This document shows positions 49,193 through 59,698 of a stretch of 64,000 nt of DNA, in pieces. A program made the translations under genes and the position numbers. Numbering within the stretch: position 1 is the stretch's first letter; every line of letters begins with the position of its first letter. The notes beneath the pieces were generated by a model, which had not been told where the DNA came from, made no database searches, and worked only from the letters and a program-made list of their open reading frames with translations. This stretch comes from an uncultured bacterium. Lineage in GTDB: Bacteria > Zixibacteria > MSB-5A5 > CAIYYT01. The stretch spans positions 1,152,001 to 1,216,000 of the forward strand of contig CAVSCK010000004.1 in NCBI GenBank assembly GCA_963726455.1, in the 5' to 3' direction.

Positions 49193-50284
49193 CTAGTCTT
49201 TGCGTTTTGACACTTTGAAGGCATTCACTATTTGATAAGTGATACTGAACACCGCGCAACATATCATGCTGATCCAGAGGATGTTCATCAACTTCCCAGA
49301 ATTCAGACTTTTGAGGCGGCTTTGGGTTACATAGACATCTTCCGAGTGAATTCTTCCGAACCAATCGGAGATCACAAATTGAATGCCAGTCCTCGGTTCT
49401 ATCCGGTCAATCGTTACCGACACCGACTGTCCTTCCCTTCTTTCTAGTGCGACGAGTGACGAAGTGAGCGTCCACGCCTCGATTTTAAGCGGATCATCAC
49501 CGAATTCGAGTAGCCTCTTAGAAACTTCAATTCGAATGTCTGCTACCTCACTCTCGGAGTTGTTGTCGATAGATAGGACGTTGTAAACGCGTCTCGAGAA
49601 GTACAGGCCATCAGGGATAAATGTGGGCGTGGAATCGGCGAACTCCGGATACTTTTGGCACAGCTGTCTTAGAGAGTCGCTGGTCAGTTGGCGTGCGGGC
49701 GAGTTCTTCCTTTCTCGCCACATGGCCCTGTGAAGGTAAACAGAAGCAAGCCCGCGCTTCTGATCGGCAGTGCTTGCCAGTGTGTCGACAATCCGGGAAT
49801 TGTGCACTTCGACAAAAGAATCTCGCAAGAGCAGCTCATCTTGCGGGTTATCACGGATGGAAATGTTCCTATACTTGTAAATAGAATAGCCGTCAGTCAT
49901 CAGCTTGTCGTAAGTGGCGTTGTTCGTACTATCATAGTACGGTTGCGGTAGGTCAAATTCGAGAAAGTCAGCATTCTGAAATAGGTCCCGTGTGAACGCT
50001 CGGAGTGTGTTATTCATGCGACTAGCGCAGTACCTATCATAGTCACTTCTTCTAACCCAATAGGCTGGCTTGAGAATCGAGATCTCGACTTTCGAAGACA
50101 CATCAAGTATTCCGGCACCTATCAGCAGCGCCAGAATGGTCAGAACGGCTACCCAATTGCCCAACGTGCGTTCGATAATAGAAAGAACAACATTAGCGGA
50201 GTTTAGGCAAAGCAGCGATCTCACAGTTCTTGAAATAGATCCAGTCAAGTTTGCGCTCCGAGTCTTAGAAGACCGGCGAATCAC
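49193..50284 (-). CDS. hypothetical membrane-anchored protein
   Basis: Long ORF with N- and C-terminal TM segments in a visibly lower-GC stretch. Start uncertain. Confidence 0.55.
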   Translation of the reverse strand: MIRRSSKTRSANLTGSISRTVRSLLCLNSANVVLSIIERTLGNWVAVLTILALLIGAGILDVSSKVEISILKPAYWVRRSDYDRYCASRMNNTLRAFTRDLFQNADFLEFDLPQPYYDSTNNATYDKLMTDGYSIYKYRNISIRDNPQDELLLRDSFVEVHNSRIVDTLASTADQKRGLASVYLHRAMWRERKNSPARQLTSDSLRQLCQKYPEFADSTPTFIPDGLYFSRRVYNVLSIDNNSESEVADIRIEVSKRLLEFGDDPLKIEAWTLTSSLVALERREGQSVSVTIDRIEPRTGIQFVISDWFGRIHSEDVYVTQSRLKSLNSGKLMNILWISMICCAVFSITYQIVNAFKVSKRKD

Positions 50285-50379
50285 TTATATGCGGCGGCTA
50301 GGAATTCCGAGCAGCGCGTCATAGACGTACAAATCAGAAATCCCCGTCAACACTGAAGCGGTATTGACAAATCGAGCGG

Positions 50380-51357
50380 CTAACTCTCTGAAAGAATCGC
50401 ATCAATAAATCTGGTCAATTGCTCCTCGATTTTGGCTTTTCCCGCTATACTATTTTCATAAAAGAGAACTCTAAACCCGGAGACGTCAAATGGAAGCTGT
50501 TTCGATTTCTCTGCAACAAAAATGATGGGTTTGCCAGTGGCATATGCATATCCCACTTCGAAGAAGACATTTTGGTTTTCTGGAGTGATTTCTGCAATTA
50601 CTAACTTCGAAGTATATATTTGATAGAGAATGTCGGTTAGGACATGGCCCGGTCCGTATGTTTCGTCCGCCCTTATTGCTGATATGTCCCGCGAACCGCA
50701 CACTGGCTCGATCACTTCAGTAAACAACTCGTTGTAAGGTGCGGAATACTGCATTACAACAAACACCTTCGCGCGCTCTTGCGTGACGCGAAAATCGCGA
50801 ATTCGTAAGTCGCCAGTGTTCTGGCACCAGATTCCTACTTGACGCTTTGGCATCACGATCGGAAGGTTCGCTGTCGCGACACTGACTCCGTCAATGACGA
50901 GTTCAAAGCGAGAGCCGTTTGCATTCAGTTTCATGGAGAATTCCTGCCCCGTCTTAACGCTCGATCGGTCGCCGGTTGCCGCATAGTCGTGCCATAGGGG
51001 CACCGGCTGACCGACCCTCTTGGGGTCGAAGTATTGGATACGGAAGATGAACGGACTGAAATTGCTAATCTCCACTCCTGCCGAGAAGAACGACCTACTT
51101 TCACTATCATAGCCCAGGAGAAACTTGCAGGCGTTCGAATAAGACGTTGTTTCTGGAAGCGTAACGAGAGCTTCGATGCTACCTTCATTGAATGTGCGAT
51201 CGCACAAGTAATTTCCGATTTTCACAAATTTTGAAGTTTCCCCAGCACCCGAAGCTATTCCTTCGTCTATTCCACCATGGAATATGATTTCCTGCTCGCG
51301 TCTTTCAAACGATCCGAGAAGTGAAACCCATCTATACTCCGCTTGTGGTAAAGACAA
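50380..51357 (-). CDS. beta-sandwich domain fused to a nucleoside-deoxyribosyltransferase/TIR-like domain
   Basis: C-terminal VFVVMQY...RADE...VIAEITPENQNVFFEVGYAYATGKPII...LPFDV. Confidence 0.75.
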   Translation of the reverse strand: MSLPQAEYRWVSLLGSFERREQEIIFHGGIDEGIASGAGETSKFVKIGNYLCDRTFNEGSIEALVTLPETTSYSNACKFLLGYDSESRSFFSAGVEISNFSPFIFRIQYFDPKRVGQPVPLWHDYAATGDRSSVKTGQEFSMKLNANGSRFELVIDGVSVATANLPIVMPKRQVGIWCQNTGDLRIRDFRVTQERAKVFVVMQYSAPYNELFTEVIEPVCGSRDISAIRADETYGPGHVLTDILYQIYTSKLVIAEITPENQNVFFEVGYAYATGKPIIFVAEKSKQLPFDVSGFRVLFYENSIAGKAKIEEQLTRFIDAILSES

Positions 51358-51367
51358 TTTAGCAACC

Positions 51368-52771
51368 TCACTTTCTTATGACAGACGTCTCTTTCTTCTC
51401 CCGCATCTGCGCCGTAAAATGGCGCAGGTACTTGGTCTCGTGAATGATCTCGAAGCCCGCCATCTTGTCCTTGTACTCGCGGATCTTGTCCATGCAAAGT
51501 GCAACATGCATCAGATGGGCGTTGGTGTATACGCGCCGCGGTACGGCGAGGCGCACCAGTTCGTACGGAGCATACTCTGATTTGCCCGTGACCGGATCCT
51601 TGGATTCGAACATGATCGAACCGATTTCGCAACAGCGAATACCACCCTCGCGATAAAGCGCAATTACCACACTCTGGCCGGGGAAATCACCGGGTGGAAT
51701 ATGCGGCAAGAACTCGCCGGCATTGATGAATACCGCGTGGCCGCCGGTCGGTTCGATGATCGGAACATTGCGTTTCATCAACTCCTCACCGAGCAGTTTC
51801 ACCTGCTTGGTGCGAAATTCGAGATAGCGCGAGTCAAGCGCTTCATATATGCCCCGCGCGATGGCTTCGAGGTCGCGGCCGGCCAGACCGCCGTAAGTGC
51901 GGAATCCTTCAATCAGAATCATCAGGTTCGTAATTTTCGATTCGAGCTCACTGTCGTTGAGGCCGATAAATCCGCCCATGTTGACGAGCCCGTCTTTCTT
52001 GGCCGACATCAGGACGCCGTCACCGTAGCTGAACATCTCGCGGGCAATTTCCAGAATTGTCTTGCTCTTGTAACCCGGTTCGCGCTGCTGAATGAAATAG
52101 GCATTCTCCGCAAAGCGCGCCGCATCAAAAAAGAGCGGTATGCCGAAGCGCTCCAGCACTTCCTTGGTCGCTTTGATATTGGCCATCGAAACCGGTTGCC
52201 CGCCGGTGGAGTTGTTGGTGATTGTCAGGAAGCAGGCCGGAACTTTCTTGGCGCCTTTTTCGCGGATGAATTCCTCCAACCGTGAAACATCCATGTTGCC
52301 CTTGAATGGATATTGCGCGTGAGGGTCTTTGGCTTCCGGGCAAATGAAATCGACAGGGAATCCGCCTTTGTGGATCGTGTTGGCGCGAGTCGTATCGAAA
52401 TGGGTGTTGTTGGGTATGTAGTCGCCGGGTTTCACGATGTTGGAGAACAGCAGATTCTCGGCGACGCGGCCCTGGTGCACCGGAATGAAGAACTTGAACC
52501 CGAAAATGTCACGCAACGCCGCCACGAAATGATCATAGTTGGCGCACTGCGCATAGGCCTCGTCGCCCAGCATCATGCCGGCCCACTGGTTGTCGCTCAT
52601 GGCGCCGGTGCCGGAATCGGTCAACAGATCGATAAAGACATCGCGGGATTTCAGGTTAAAAATGTTGAAGTGCGCTTCGCGGATCTTCTGCTCCCGCTCT
52701 TCACGCGAAATCAGGTTAATCGGTTCGACTACCTTGATGCGATACGGTTCGGCAAAGTGCTCCATTACCAC
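51368..52771 (-). CDS. tnaA: tryptophanase (beta-eliminating lyase)
   Basis: DLLTDSG, HQGR, HFDTT and MSAKKD (PLP Lys). LRHFTA favours tryptophanase over tyrosine phenol-lyase (LRFFTA). Confidence 0.9.
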   Translation of the reverse strand: MVMEHFAEPYRIKVVEPINLISREEREQKIREAHFNIFNLKSRDVFIDLLTDSGTGAMSDNQWAGMMLGDEAYAQCANYDHFVAALRDIFGFKFFIPVHQGRVAENLLFSNIVKPGDYIPNNTHFDTTRANTIHKGGFPVDFICPEAKDPHAQYPFKGNMDVSRLEEFIREKGAKKVPACFLTITNNSTGGQPVSMANIKATKEVLERFGIPLFFDAARFAENAYFIQQREPGYKSKTILEIAREMFSYGDGVLMSAKKDGLVNMGGFIGLNDSELESKITNLMILIEGFRTYGGLAGRDLEAIARGIYEALDSRYLEFRTKQVKLLGEELMKRNVPIIEPTGGHAVFINAGEFLPHIPPGDFPGQSVVIALYREGGIRCCEIGSIMFESKDPVTGKSEYAPYELVRLAVPRRVYTNAHLMHVALCMDKIREYKDKMAGFEIIHETKYLRHFTAQMREKKETSVIRK

Positions 52772-52831
52772 TCCTAAATCTTACGGCTGCAGACAACGAA
52801 GTTGTGAACACGGGAGTTATAGCTGCGCAAT

Positions 52832-53839
52832 CTATCCTCGCTTAAGTCGGAACGCCGGCACGATTTCACCGACGTGTAAATCTCTGAAATTATATAATTG
52901 CGGACGGGAATATTCCGCCAGCGCTTTCACTTGCGAATCATCGAAGACGCCTAGCTGCCGAAGTGTTTCGACGATCACCGGGTAAAGCCCCCGCATGTTG
53001 CCATCGGATATTTTGATGGCGATGCCCAGACCCTTCGACAGCACGCCGATCACTTCCACTGCTTCCCCGCCGACTTTCAGGATCACGTCTCCCTTGCTCG
53101 CCTCAGTCACGGCCAGATCGCAACGCCCACGACCGGAAACCATCACCGGATATTGTGACATGGCTCGGATGATCGTCTCAAAGGCCTCGCGGCGAAGGGC
53201 TGAATCTGAGGTACGCGTGACGATGCGCGCGTACGCCTTGGCCATGTTCTTTAGCGGTAAGGCGAAATTCGGCAGCGAGCAACCGTCCGTGCCCATCTGA
53301 ATTTGATCGCTGGGATAGTCGTAGCCCTCGGCGACGGCCTGCTTGACCTGCTTCTGAGTCTTGGAATTCGGATCGATATAATTGGCCGGATCATCACCGA
53401 TGTGTACCGCCAGCGCCAGTTGGCCGGAGTGTTTGCCCGAGCAGTTGTGCGCCAAGGGCGAAAATTGCTGTCCTTCGTACGGAACGTATCCTTGCTGTTG
53501 ATAATCAATGGGAACATGGGTGCCGCATTTGAGATACGTTTCGTCAAGGCCGATCAGGTCGAGATTCGATTTGGTTGTCTTTTCGTGCTCCGGCGTGCCT
53601 GTGTGCGATCCAAGCATAATGGCGATCTGCTGCAGCGAAAATCCGAAACGCTTGATCGCGCCCGATTCGTAAACCGGCAGGAACTGAAATGCCTTGGCCG
53701 AGGAACGGGTGAATGTGATCAGGTCGGGATCGCCGCAATAATGCAGGATGTTGCCGTCCTTGTCGGACACCACTATTGATCCATAGTGCACAGACTCCAC
53801 GGTCTTGTTGCGATATGCTTCGGCGAGAATTTCAGACAT
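52832..53839 (-). CDS. L-asparaginase II (Rhizobium-type) family
   Basis: ESVHYG, RSSAK, HNCSGKH, DGC and KVGGEAV. Confidence 0.9.
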   Translation of the reverse strand: MSEILAEAYRNKTVESVHYGSIVVSDKDGNILHYCGDPDLITFTRSSAKAFQFLPVYESGAIKRFGFSLQQIAIMLGSHTGTPEHEKTTKSNLDLIGLDETYLKCGTHVPIDYQQQGYVPYEGQQFSPLAHNCSGKHSGQLALAVHIGDDPANYIDPNSKTQKQVKQAVAEGYDYPSDQIQMGTDGCSLPNFALPLKNMAKAYARIVTRTSDSALRREAFETIIRAMSQYPVMVSGRGRCDLAVTEASKGDVILKVGGEAVEVIGVLSKGLGIAIKISDGNMRGLYPVIVETLRQLGVFDDSQVKALAEYSRPQLYNFRDLHVGEIVPAFRLKRG

Positions 53840-54089
53840 GATTTTCCGCCGTGGAAGATGTTCTGCAGGGTCTTGATGGGTTGGGGTATTCCGTCAGGCG
53901 AATGCCATCTCGCCTATAGTTTGGCGATGTCTGCTGTTGTCGAGACCGGATGGCACCATACTCAGAGAGTCGCATGTTCGCTCGGAGATCGCCTTAACCT
54001 AATTCCCTGACGCGACTTTATTGCCGCGCCACAAGACCTAAGTATAGGGCTTCTGGCTCCTGGAGTCAACGCGAAAAGGAGAGCAGGTG

Positions 54090-55805
54090 TTACTGCCGTT
54101 TGAACACTTTGAGTGTGGATTCCAAACCAGGTCCGGCTAGATAGACGATGTAGACGCCCGGCGAAACGGTCTCCTGGCGGTAGTTCTGGCCGTCCCATTC
54201 GAGATAGCCGGCGCCATTCCCGCCGCCGATCAGAAATTTAGAGGTTTCGGCGACTTTTTCACCGGCGACATTGTAAATCCGATAGCGGTAATCCCCGGAA
54301 GTACTCGGAGAAAAATAGAATTGTATCGACGTCGTAAACGGATTGGGTGTCGCAATAATGCCTTGAACCACGGTAATAGCACCCGGGCCAAATTCCATCG
54401 CGCGATACCCGTCGATCAGGCCGTAGCCGTACACCGTGTCGGGAGACGAAGCATGAGATGCGGTGCGTGTCAGTGCCATGTAGAGACTGTCATAGTGCCA
54501 CGTTGGGTGGGCCTGCAACAGCAATGCGACAGTTCCCGCCGTCAGCGGAGTGGAAAACGAAGTGCCGCTGCCGTTACTAAACCCCCCGTTCTTGTTGGCT
54601 ATGTAATTGTCAACACCCATCGCGCAAACATCCGGCTTGATCCGGCCGTCGAAGGTGGGTCCATTGGAAGAAAAATCGGAGATGATTCCTCCGCTGTTGA
54701 CTGCTCCAACGGCAATCACACTGTCGCCATCGGAAGGCGCGATCAGCGTCGGCCGCGGCGACATCCGGCCCTCGTTTCCGATAGCGTTGACCACTATCAC
54801 ACCGAGTCGCGCAGCCGCCCCGGCAGCCAGCGTAACCACGGCGGTATGGCCGTCCATGTCATCCCAGGTATACCAGTCGATATATCCGAGCGAACTGGAG
54901 ACGACCTCGGCACCCAGCCGCTCGCCCCATTCGATTCCGGCTGCCCAGTAATCTTCCTCGATGCGGACTTCCTGCGCAACTATTTCGGTCTTGGCACACA
55001 GGAAATCGGCCTGATTTGCCACGCCGATCATGCTGCCGTACAGATATCCGCCCAATAACGATAACGTCGCGGTGCCGTGGAACTGCTGTGAAGTTGAGGT
55101 GTTGCTTTCACCGGGATCAGTTGGATCCTCAACGTTGACGTCGTTGTTAATGAAGTCCCAGGTGGAATCAACCCTGAGCTGTCCAAACACCGGGTGTGAC
55201 AGCTTGAATCCGGTGTCGAGAATCAGAATTTTGACTCCCTGCCCTTTCAATCCCAGCGCATGCAAACGGTGCACCTGAATAAGCTGCATTTCAGTAAATG
55301 AAGGACCATAGTCGGGCGGATACTGACCGACTTGTTTGTATAATTCCGCCGTATCAACCGGCGAAATCGGCTCCAGCTTGCGAATATAGACTGCCACTTC
55401 CTCGATACTGGTCACGAATGGCAGCGCGGCAATATCGTTCAATTGTGCGGGCGACACCCAGGCGCTGACAGCATTGATCCAGCGCGATTCGACCACCGTG
55501 CGTTTAACCAAAGGCTTGAGCTGATCGACGTAAACCGGATTGACCTCGCGATCATAATAATCGTAATCAGCCAGACCGCCCCGCAAGGCGCGGCGCCTTT
55601 CGGCGGCATCATTCACGGCGACTCGCTTGGACATCGGAATCTCGTCGTTGCCTTTGTCAGCGAAATAAACCCACACCTTGAGACTGTCGGACTGCAGGCG
55701 CGCGGGACGAATCTTGATCTTGACGTCAGTAGCTGATGAGACGACGCTGCCGAACAAGAGAGCGGCGGCGACAGCGATTAGTATGGCGAATTTTCTAGTA
55801 GTCAC
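54090..55805 (-). CDS. secreted S8 subtilase with C-terminal FlgD-Ig/sorting-like domain
   Basis: LDTG, HGT and GTSFSTP catalytic triad. C-terminal PNPF...IYNVAGE...WDG...PGVY. Confidence 0.92.
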   Translation of the reverse strand: MTTRKFAILIAVAAALLFGSVVSSATDVKIKIRPARLQSDSLKVWVYFADKGNDEIPMSKRVAVNDAAERRRALRGGLADYDYYDREVNPVYVDQLKPLVKRTVVESRWINAVSAWVSPAQLNDIAALPFVTSIEEVAVYIRKLEPISPVDTAELYKQVGQYPPDYGPSFTEMQLIQVHRLHALGLKGQGVKILILDTGFKLSHPVFGQLRVDSTWDFINNDVNVEDPTDPGESNTSTSQQFHGTATLSLLGGYLYGSMIGVANQADFLCAKTEIVAQEVRIEEDYWAAGIEWGERLGAEVVSSSLGYIDWYTWDDMDGHTAVVTLAAGAAARLGVIVVNAIGNEGRMSPRPTLIAPSDGDSVIAVGAVNSGGIISDFSSNGPTFDGRIKPDVCAMGVDNYIANKNGGFSNGSGTSFSTPLTAGTVALLLQAHPTWHYDSLYMALTRTASHASSPDTVYGYGLIDGYRAMEFGPGAITVVQGIIATPNPFTTSIQFYFSPSTSGDYRYRIYNVAGEKVAETSKFLIGGGNGAGYLEWDGQNYRQETVSPGVYIVYLAGPGLESTLKVFKRQ

Positions 55806-55926
55806 TTAAACAACCTCTTGATGTGGAGTATCGACAGAAGGCATCCCCGAGACAAATGTGTAGTTTTGTCCATCCGAAGAAAAGACGAACGAAAGACGAT
55901 CATGTTCAACAGTCCGCCGGACAACT

Positions 55927-56223
55927 TCACAACTGCTTGATAAGTTTCAAATACTGTTTGTACGGAATCGCCGTCCAGCTTTCGGCAGACGTGGCGCCGT
56001 TAGCCAGACTGATCAACGACACTTTCGCTGCAGTTTCCTCGTCGGGCGCCTCGTAAATGTCCATAAAATCGAAATTTCCCAGCAACGCATAGTGGCTGAG
56101 AAATTTCACCTTGGGACAACTCTTCCTGACCTTGTCAAGCCAGGTGCGGCCCTTGGCGGCGCGCAATTTGGGATTCTTGAGGAACTCCGGCGATAGTTTC
56201 GTCATGAGCACGAAAGTTTTCAT
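55927..56223 (-). CDS. GYD-domain protein
   Basis: YALLGNFDFMDIYEAPDEETA; GGAGG RBS. Confidence 0.85.
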   Translation of the reverse strand: MKTFVLMTKLSPEFLKNPKLRAAKGRTWLDKVRKSCPKVKFLSHYALLGNFDFMDIYEAPDEETAAKVSLISLANGATSAESWTAIPYKQYLKLIKQL

Positions 56224-56354
56224 GTAACCCTCCTGCGAGAAACATTACTGACATGATATTACACCATGTTTAACGGCTCGCAAGCGAAAACGGTTGGCTG
56301 GCATAACGAGACCGCAGCATCATCCTACGTCATCTGCCAAGCGGAGTATATTTG

Positions 56355-57302
56355 TCAGCTAAGCGGCCGCTTCTTGATCATGCCGCCTTTGGTGTCGTTG
56401 ATACTGTGCATTACCACAAAGGCGGACGGATCGATCTCCTCGATTTCCTGCTTGAGCTTGTAGATTTCAAGTCGGGTGATCACGACAAACAGTACGTCGA
56501 TGTCCGACCCCTTATCGCCGCCCTTGCCGTACCCTCCCTGCCCCTTCAGCACAGTTACGCCTCGGCCAAGGTTATGGAGCACCGTTTCTCTGATCAATTC
56601 GCTTTTCGCCGACACTATGGTGACTCCAGTGTATTCTTCTAGTCCCTGGATGACGAAGTCGACGGTCTTTGAAGCTGCGAGATACGTCAGTATCGAGTAC
56701 AGGGCAGTCTCAAGATTGAGCAACAGCGCGGACGACGTGAAAATGATAATATTGATTATTAGAATCAGGTCGCCGATGGTCGCGCCAACCACTTTGCTGA
56801 GATACAATGCCAGCACTTCCGTACCATCGAGCACTCCTCCCCCTCGCACTGACAGTCCGATGCCCAAGCCGAGAAAAAAACCTCCAAACACCGCCACCAG
56901 CAGCTTGTCCTGCGTGGCCACCGGGTACGGTATGACCAGCAGGCAGAGTGACAATGTCAGAATGGCAAAGATCGTCTTCCCGACGAACTCGCGGCTGACC
57001 TGCCGGAACCCCAGCAAGATGAAAGGTATGTTGAATAGGATGATCAGCAACGGCAGCGGTACCGCTGTCAGTCTGCTGACAAGCAGCGAGATTCCCGTGA
57101 CCCCGCCGTCAATGAAACCTGATGGCAGCAGAAATCCTTTGAGACCCAGACCGGCGGACAGCGCGCCAAGCACGATCAGGGCGGCGCTACCGGCGTGCAG
57201 GCGCGATCGGATTACGAATCGAAGAACAGAATCCATAGCGATGCGACACGTTACGCAAACGGGCCCCGACGCGCCAACTAAAAAATCCCGTCCTGCAGTC
57301 AT
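56355..57302 (-). CDS. YitT-family membrane protein
   Basis: DGGVTGISL, GGVLDGTEV, RGVT and IDPSAFV. The true start is probably further downstream. Confidence 0.9.
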   Translation of the reverse strand: MTAGRDFLVGASGPVCVTCRIAMDSVLRFVIRSRLHAGSAALIVLGALSAGLGLKGFLLPSGFIDGGVTGISLLVSRLTAVPLPLLIILFNIPFILLGFRQVSREFVGKTIFAILTLSLCLLVIPYPVATQDKLLVAVFGGFFLGLGIGLSVRGGGVLDGTEVLALYLSKVVGATIGDLILIINIIIFTSSALLLNLETALYSILTYLAASKTVDFVIQGLEEYTGVTIVSAKSELIRETVLHNLGRGVTVLKGQGGYGKGGDKGSDIDVLFVVITRLEIYKLKQEIEEIDPSAFVVMHSINDTKGGMIKKRPLS

Positions 57303-57347
57303 GCGAGGGGCTGCTCCGGCGCGGGCGTGAAATCGCTACCTGCTATT

Positions 57348-58886
57348 TCAATTCATCCACAGATTTCTATCCAAACTCCGATACTGGATCGCTTCGCCGA
57401 TGTGCGCGGTTTCGATATTCGGTGTCCCCGCGATGTCGGCGATCGTGCGCGCGACTTTGATAATACGGTCATAGGCGCGCGCCGATAGACCCAGTTTGCT
57501 GATCGCGGTGCGCAGCATGTCGTGCGACCTTTCGTCCAATGGGCAGAAATCGCGAATATCCTTGGATTCCATGTGCGCATTGCAGTGAATGTGCTTGAGG
57601 CCGGCAAATCGTTCATGCTGCCGGCGGCGGGCGGCATTGACCCGTTCGCGCACGAATTCCGACTTTTCCGCCAGCGTGGTATCAGCCAGTTCCTTGTATT
57701 TAACGGCTGGTACTTCGATGTGAATATCAATTCGATCCAGCAAGGGCCCCGATATCCGGCTGTGGTACTTCTGAATCTGTATCGGCGTGCAACTGCACTC
57801 GTGCGCAATGTCGCCATAATAGCCGCAGGGACACGGGTTCATAGCCGCCGCGAGCATTAGCTTCGAGGGATAAGTCAGCGACGTCATGGCGCGCGAGATT
57901 GTGACTAGTCCGTCCTCCAGCGGCTGCCGCAGCATTTCGAGGACATCTTTGCGAAACTCAGGCAATTCATCAAGAAAGAGCACTCCATTATGCGACAAGG
58001 ACACTTCGCCCGGCCTTGGGATTCGTCCACCTCCGATCAGGCCCGCATCGCTTATCGTATGATGTGGTGAACGAAACGGCCGCGTCGCTATCAGCGGCGT
58101 GTCCGCCGGAAGAACTCCGGCGACCGAATGTATCTTGGTCGTCTCGAGCGCCTCCTCCAGTGTCATATCCGGAAGGATCGTCGGCAGGCGGCGCGCCAGC
58201 ATCGTCTTGCCGGAACCCGGAGGACCAACCAGGATAATATTGTGGCCCCCGGCGGCGGCAATTTCGAGCGCGCGCTTGGTCGATTCCTGGCCTTTGACCT
58301 CGGCAAAATCAATATTGTAATGCCTCGCCGTATTGAATACTTCCTTCATGTCGATCTTGAATGGAGCCACCAGGCGTTCATCTTCCAGAAAAGCCACGGC
58401 TTCCTTGAGCGAACCGACCGGATAAACTTCGACCCCGTCCGCCATCGCGGCTTCGGAGGCGTTCTCGCGCGGGACGATCATGCCGCGAACGCCGTTCTTG
58501 TGGATGTTCATCGCCATTGGCAGGACGCCCGGAATCGGCTTAAGCGTGCCGTCCAGCGACAGTTCGCCGAGCATGACGTGGTCATTGAATGTCTCGCGCA
58601 TGATCTGCCCGGTTGCGGCAAGGATGCCGATCGCCATCGGCAGATCAAACGCCGATCCTTCCTTGCGGATATCCGCCGGCGCGAGATTGATCGTGACCTT
58701 CTTGTTGGGAAAGATAAAATCGGAATTCTTGATCGCCGACTGTACGCGTTCTTTCGCCTCTTTTACGGCGCCGTCCGGCAGCCCCACGGTGGCGAAAGCC
58801 GGAAGTTGCGGCGTTATGTCGGCCTCGACTTCAACGTTGTAAGCATCAATGCCGAGTACGGCGGCGGAAATGACTTTAGCAAGCAT
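57348..58886 (-). CDS. comM: YifB/ComM Mg-chelatase-like AAA+ ATPase
   Basis: [33 protein letters not shown] and NPCPCG. Confidence 0.93.
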   Translation of the reverse strand: MLAKVISAAVLGIDAYNVEVEADITPQLPAFATVGLPDGAVKEAKERVQSAIKNSDFIFPNKKVTINLAPADIRKEGSAFDLPMAIGILAATGQIMRETFNDHVMLGELSLDGTLKPIPGVLPMAMNIHKNGVRGMIVPRENASEAAMADGVEVYPVGSLKEAVAFLEDERLVAPFKIDMKEVFNTARHYNIDFAEVKGQESTKRALEIAAAGGHNIILVGPPGSGKTMLARRLPTILPDMTLEEALETTKIHSVAGVLPADTPLIATRPFRSPHHTISDAGLIGGGRIPRPGEVSLSHNGVLFLDELPEFRKDVLEMLRQPLEDGLVTISRAMTSLTYPSKLMLAAAMNPCPCGYYGDIAHECSCTPIQIQKYHSRISGPLLDRIDIHIEVPAVKYKELADTTLAEKSEFVRERVNAARRRQHERFAGLKHIHCNAHMESKDIRDFCPLDERSHDMLRTAISKLGLSARAYDRIIKVARTIADIAGTPNIETAHIGEAIQYRSLDRNLWMN

Positions 58887-58947
58887 GATACTCCCTCTTC
58901 AGTTCAAATAAAGAATCTACGTAAATAGTGCGTCGCACCAAGCGCCA

Positions 58948-59532
58948 TCACATTTTGTGACCTTTTGCGATCTGGCCGATATGCACTTTGTGCGCGCGAA
59001 ATTCAGATTCGAGCATACTGTAGCACTTGAGACTAACCAGGCCACGCCGAAACGCCGCCTCATCCCGCTGAATGCCTTCGAACGCAAAGCCGAGTTTCTC
59101 AGCGATGCGACACGACGCCAGATTGTCTTCGGCGGCCCGCAAAATGACCTTGTGCAACTTAAGCTCCTTGAATGCAAACAGCAGCATCAGGGCAACCGCG
59201 GTCGAGCCGATCCCCTTCCCTGTTTGTGAGGTCCGAATCCAGTACCCGACCTCACCGGAACGGTTGGGGTCGCCGAGTCCGTGAAGTCCGATTTGGCCGA
59301 CGTATTGCTTGGTGCGCGAATCGAAGATGCTGAAGCCAAAACTGGTTCGGCGCTTGCGTCCTCTCCGGCAATTTTCGATGAACGCTGCGGCATCCTCACG
59401 AGTTCGACTGCGCCAGGGACTGATCATGAATCGCTCGAGTTCGGGACGACTTTCGTCGACGGCGGTTTGAATGGAATCCGCGTCCGATTTCCTCGGAAAG
59501 CGAAGATAGATATTACGGCTTTTGAGCAACAT
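58948..59532 (-). CDS. RimJ/RimL-family GNAT acetyltransferase
   Basis: EVGYWI...GKGIG and NLASCRIAEKLGF. Start placed at MLLKSRNIYLR. Confidence 0.88.
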   Translation of the reverse strand: MLLKSRNIYLRFPRKSDADSIQTAVDESRPELERFMISPWRSRTREDAAAFIENCRRGRKRRTSFGFSIFDSRTKQYVGQIGLHGLGDPNRSGEVGYWIRTSQTGKGIGSTAVALMLLFAFKELKLHKVILRAAEDNLASCRIAEKLGFAFEGIQRDEAAFRRGLVSLKCYSMLESEFRAHKVHIGQIAKGHKM

Positions 59533-59636
59533 CGGGAGCCCACCCAATTCGACCGCCATTAAAAGCGGAGTCAAACGACAAAGTTCACATCGACAAAGTA
59601 AGCTTCGGATGGCGGGCGGGCAAGCAGATTGTGCGC

Positions 59637-59671
59637 AAAAAAAACAGGTCGCCGGTTTGCCGGCGACCTGT
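59637..59671 (-). terminator. intrinsic terminator of the three-lipoprotein operon
   Basis: 12-bp stem ACAGGTCGCCGG/CCGGCGACCTGT, then a run of T on the minus strand. Confidence 0.8.
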
Positions 59672-59698
59672 ACAGTGTCGTTACTTGAGGTATAAGCG

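Noticed and set aside
53840-54089. Small ORF or RNA between the S8 peptidase and asparaginase genes
   Set aside because: No RBS-supported ORF with protein-like composition and no convincing stable structure.
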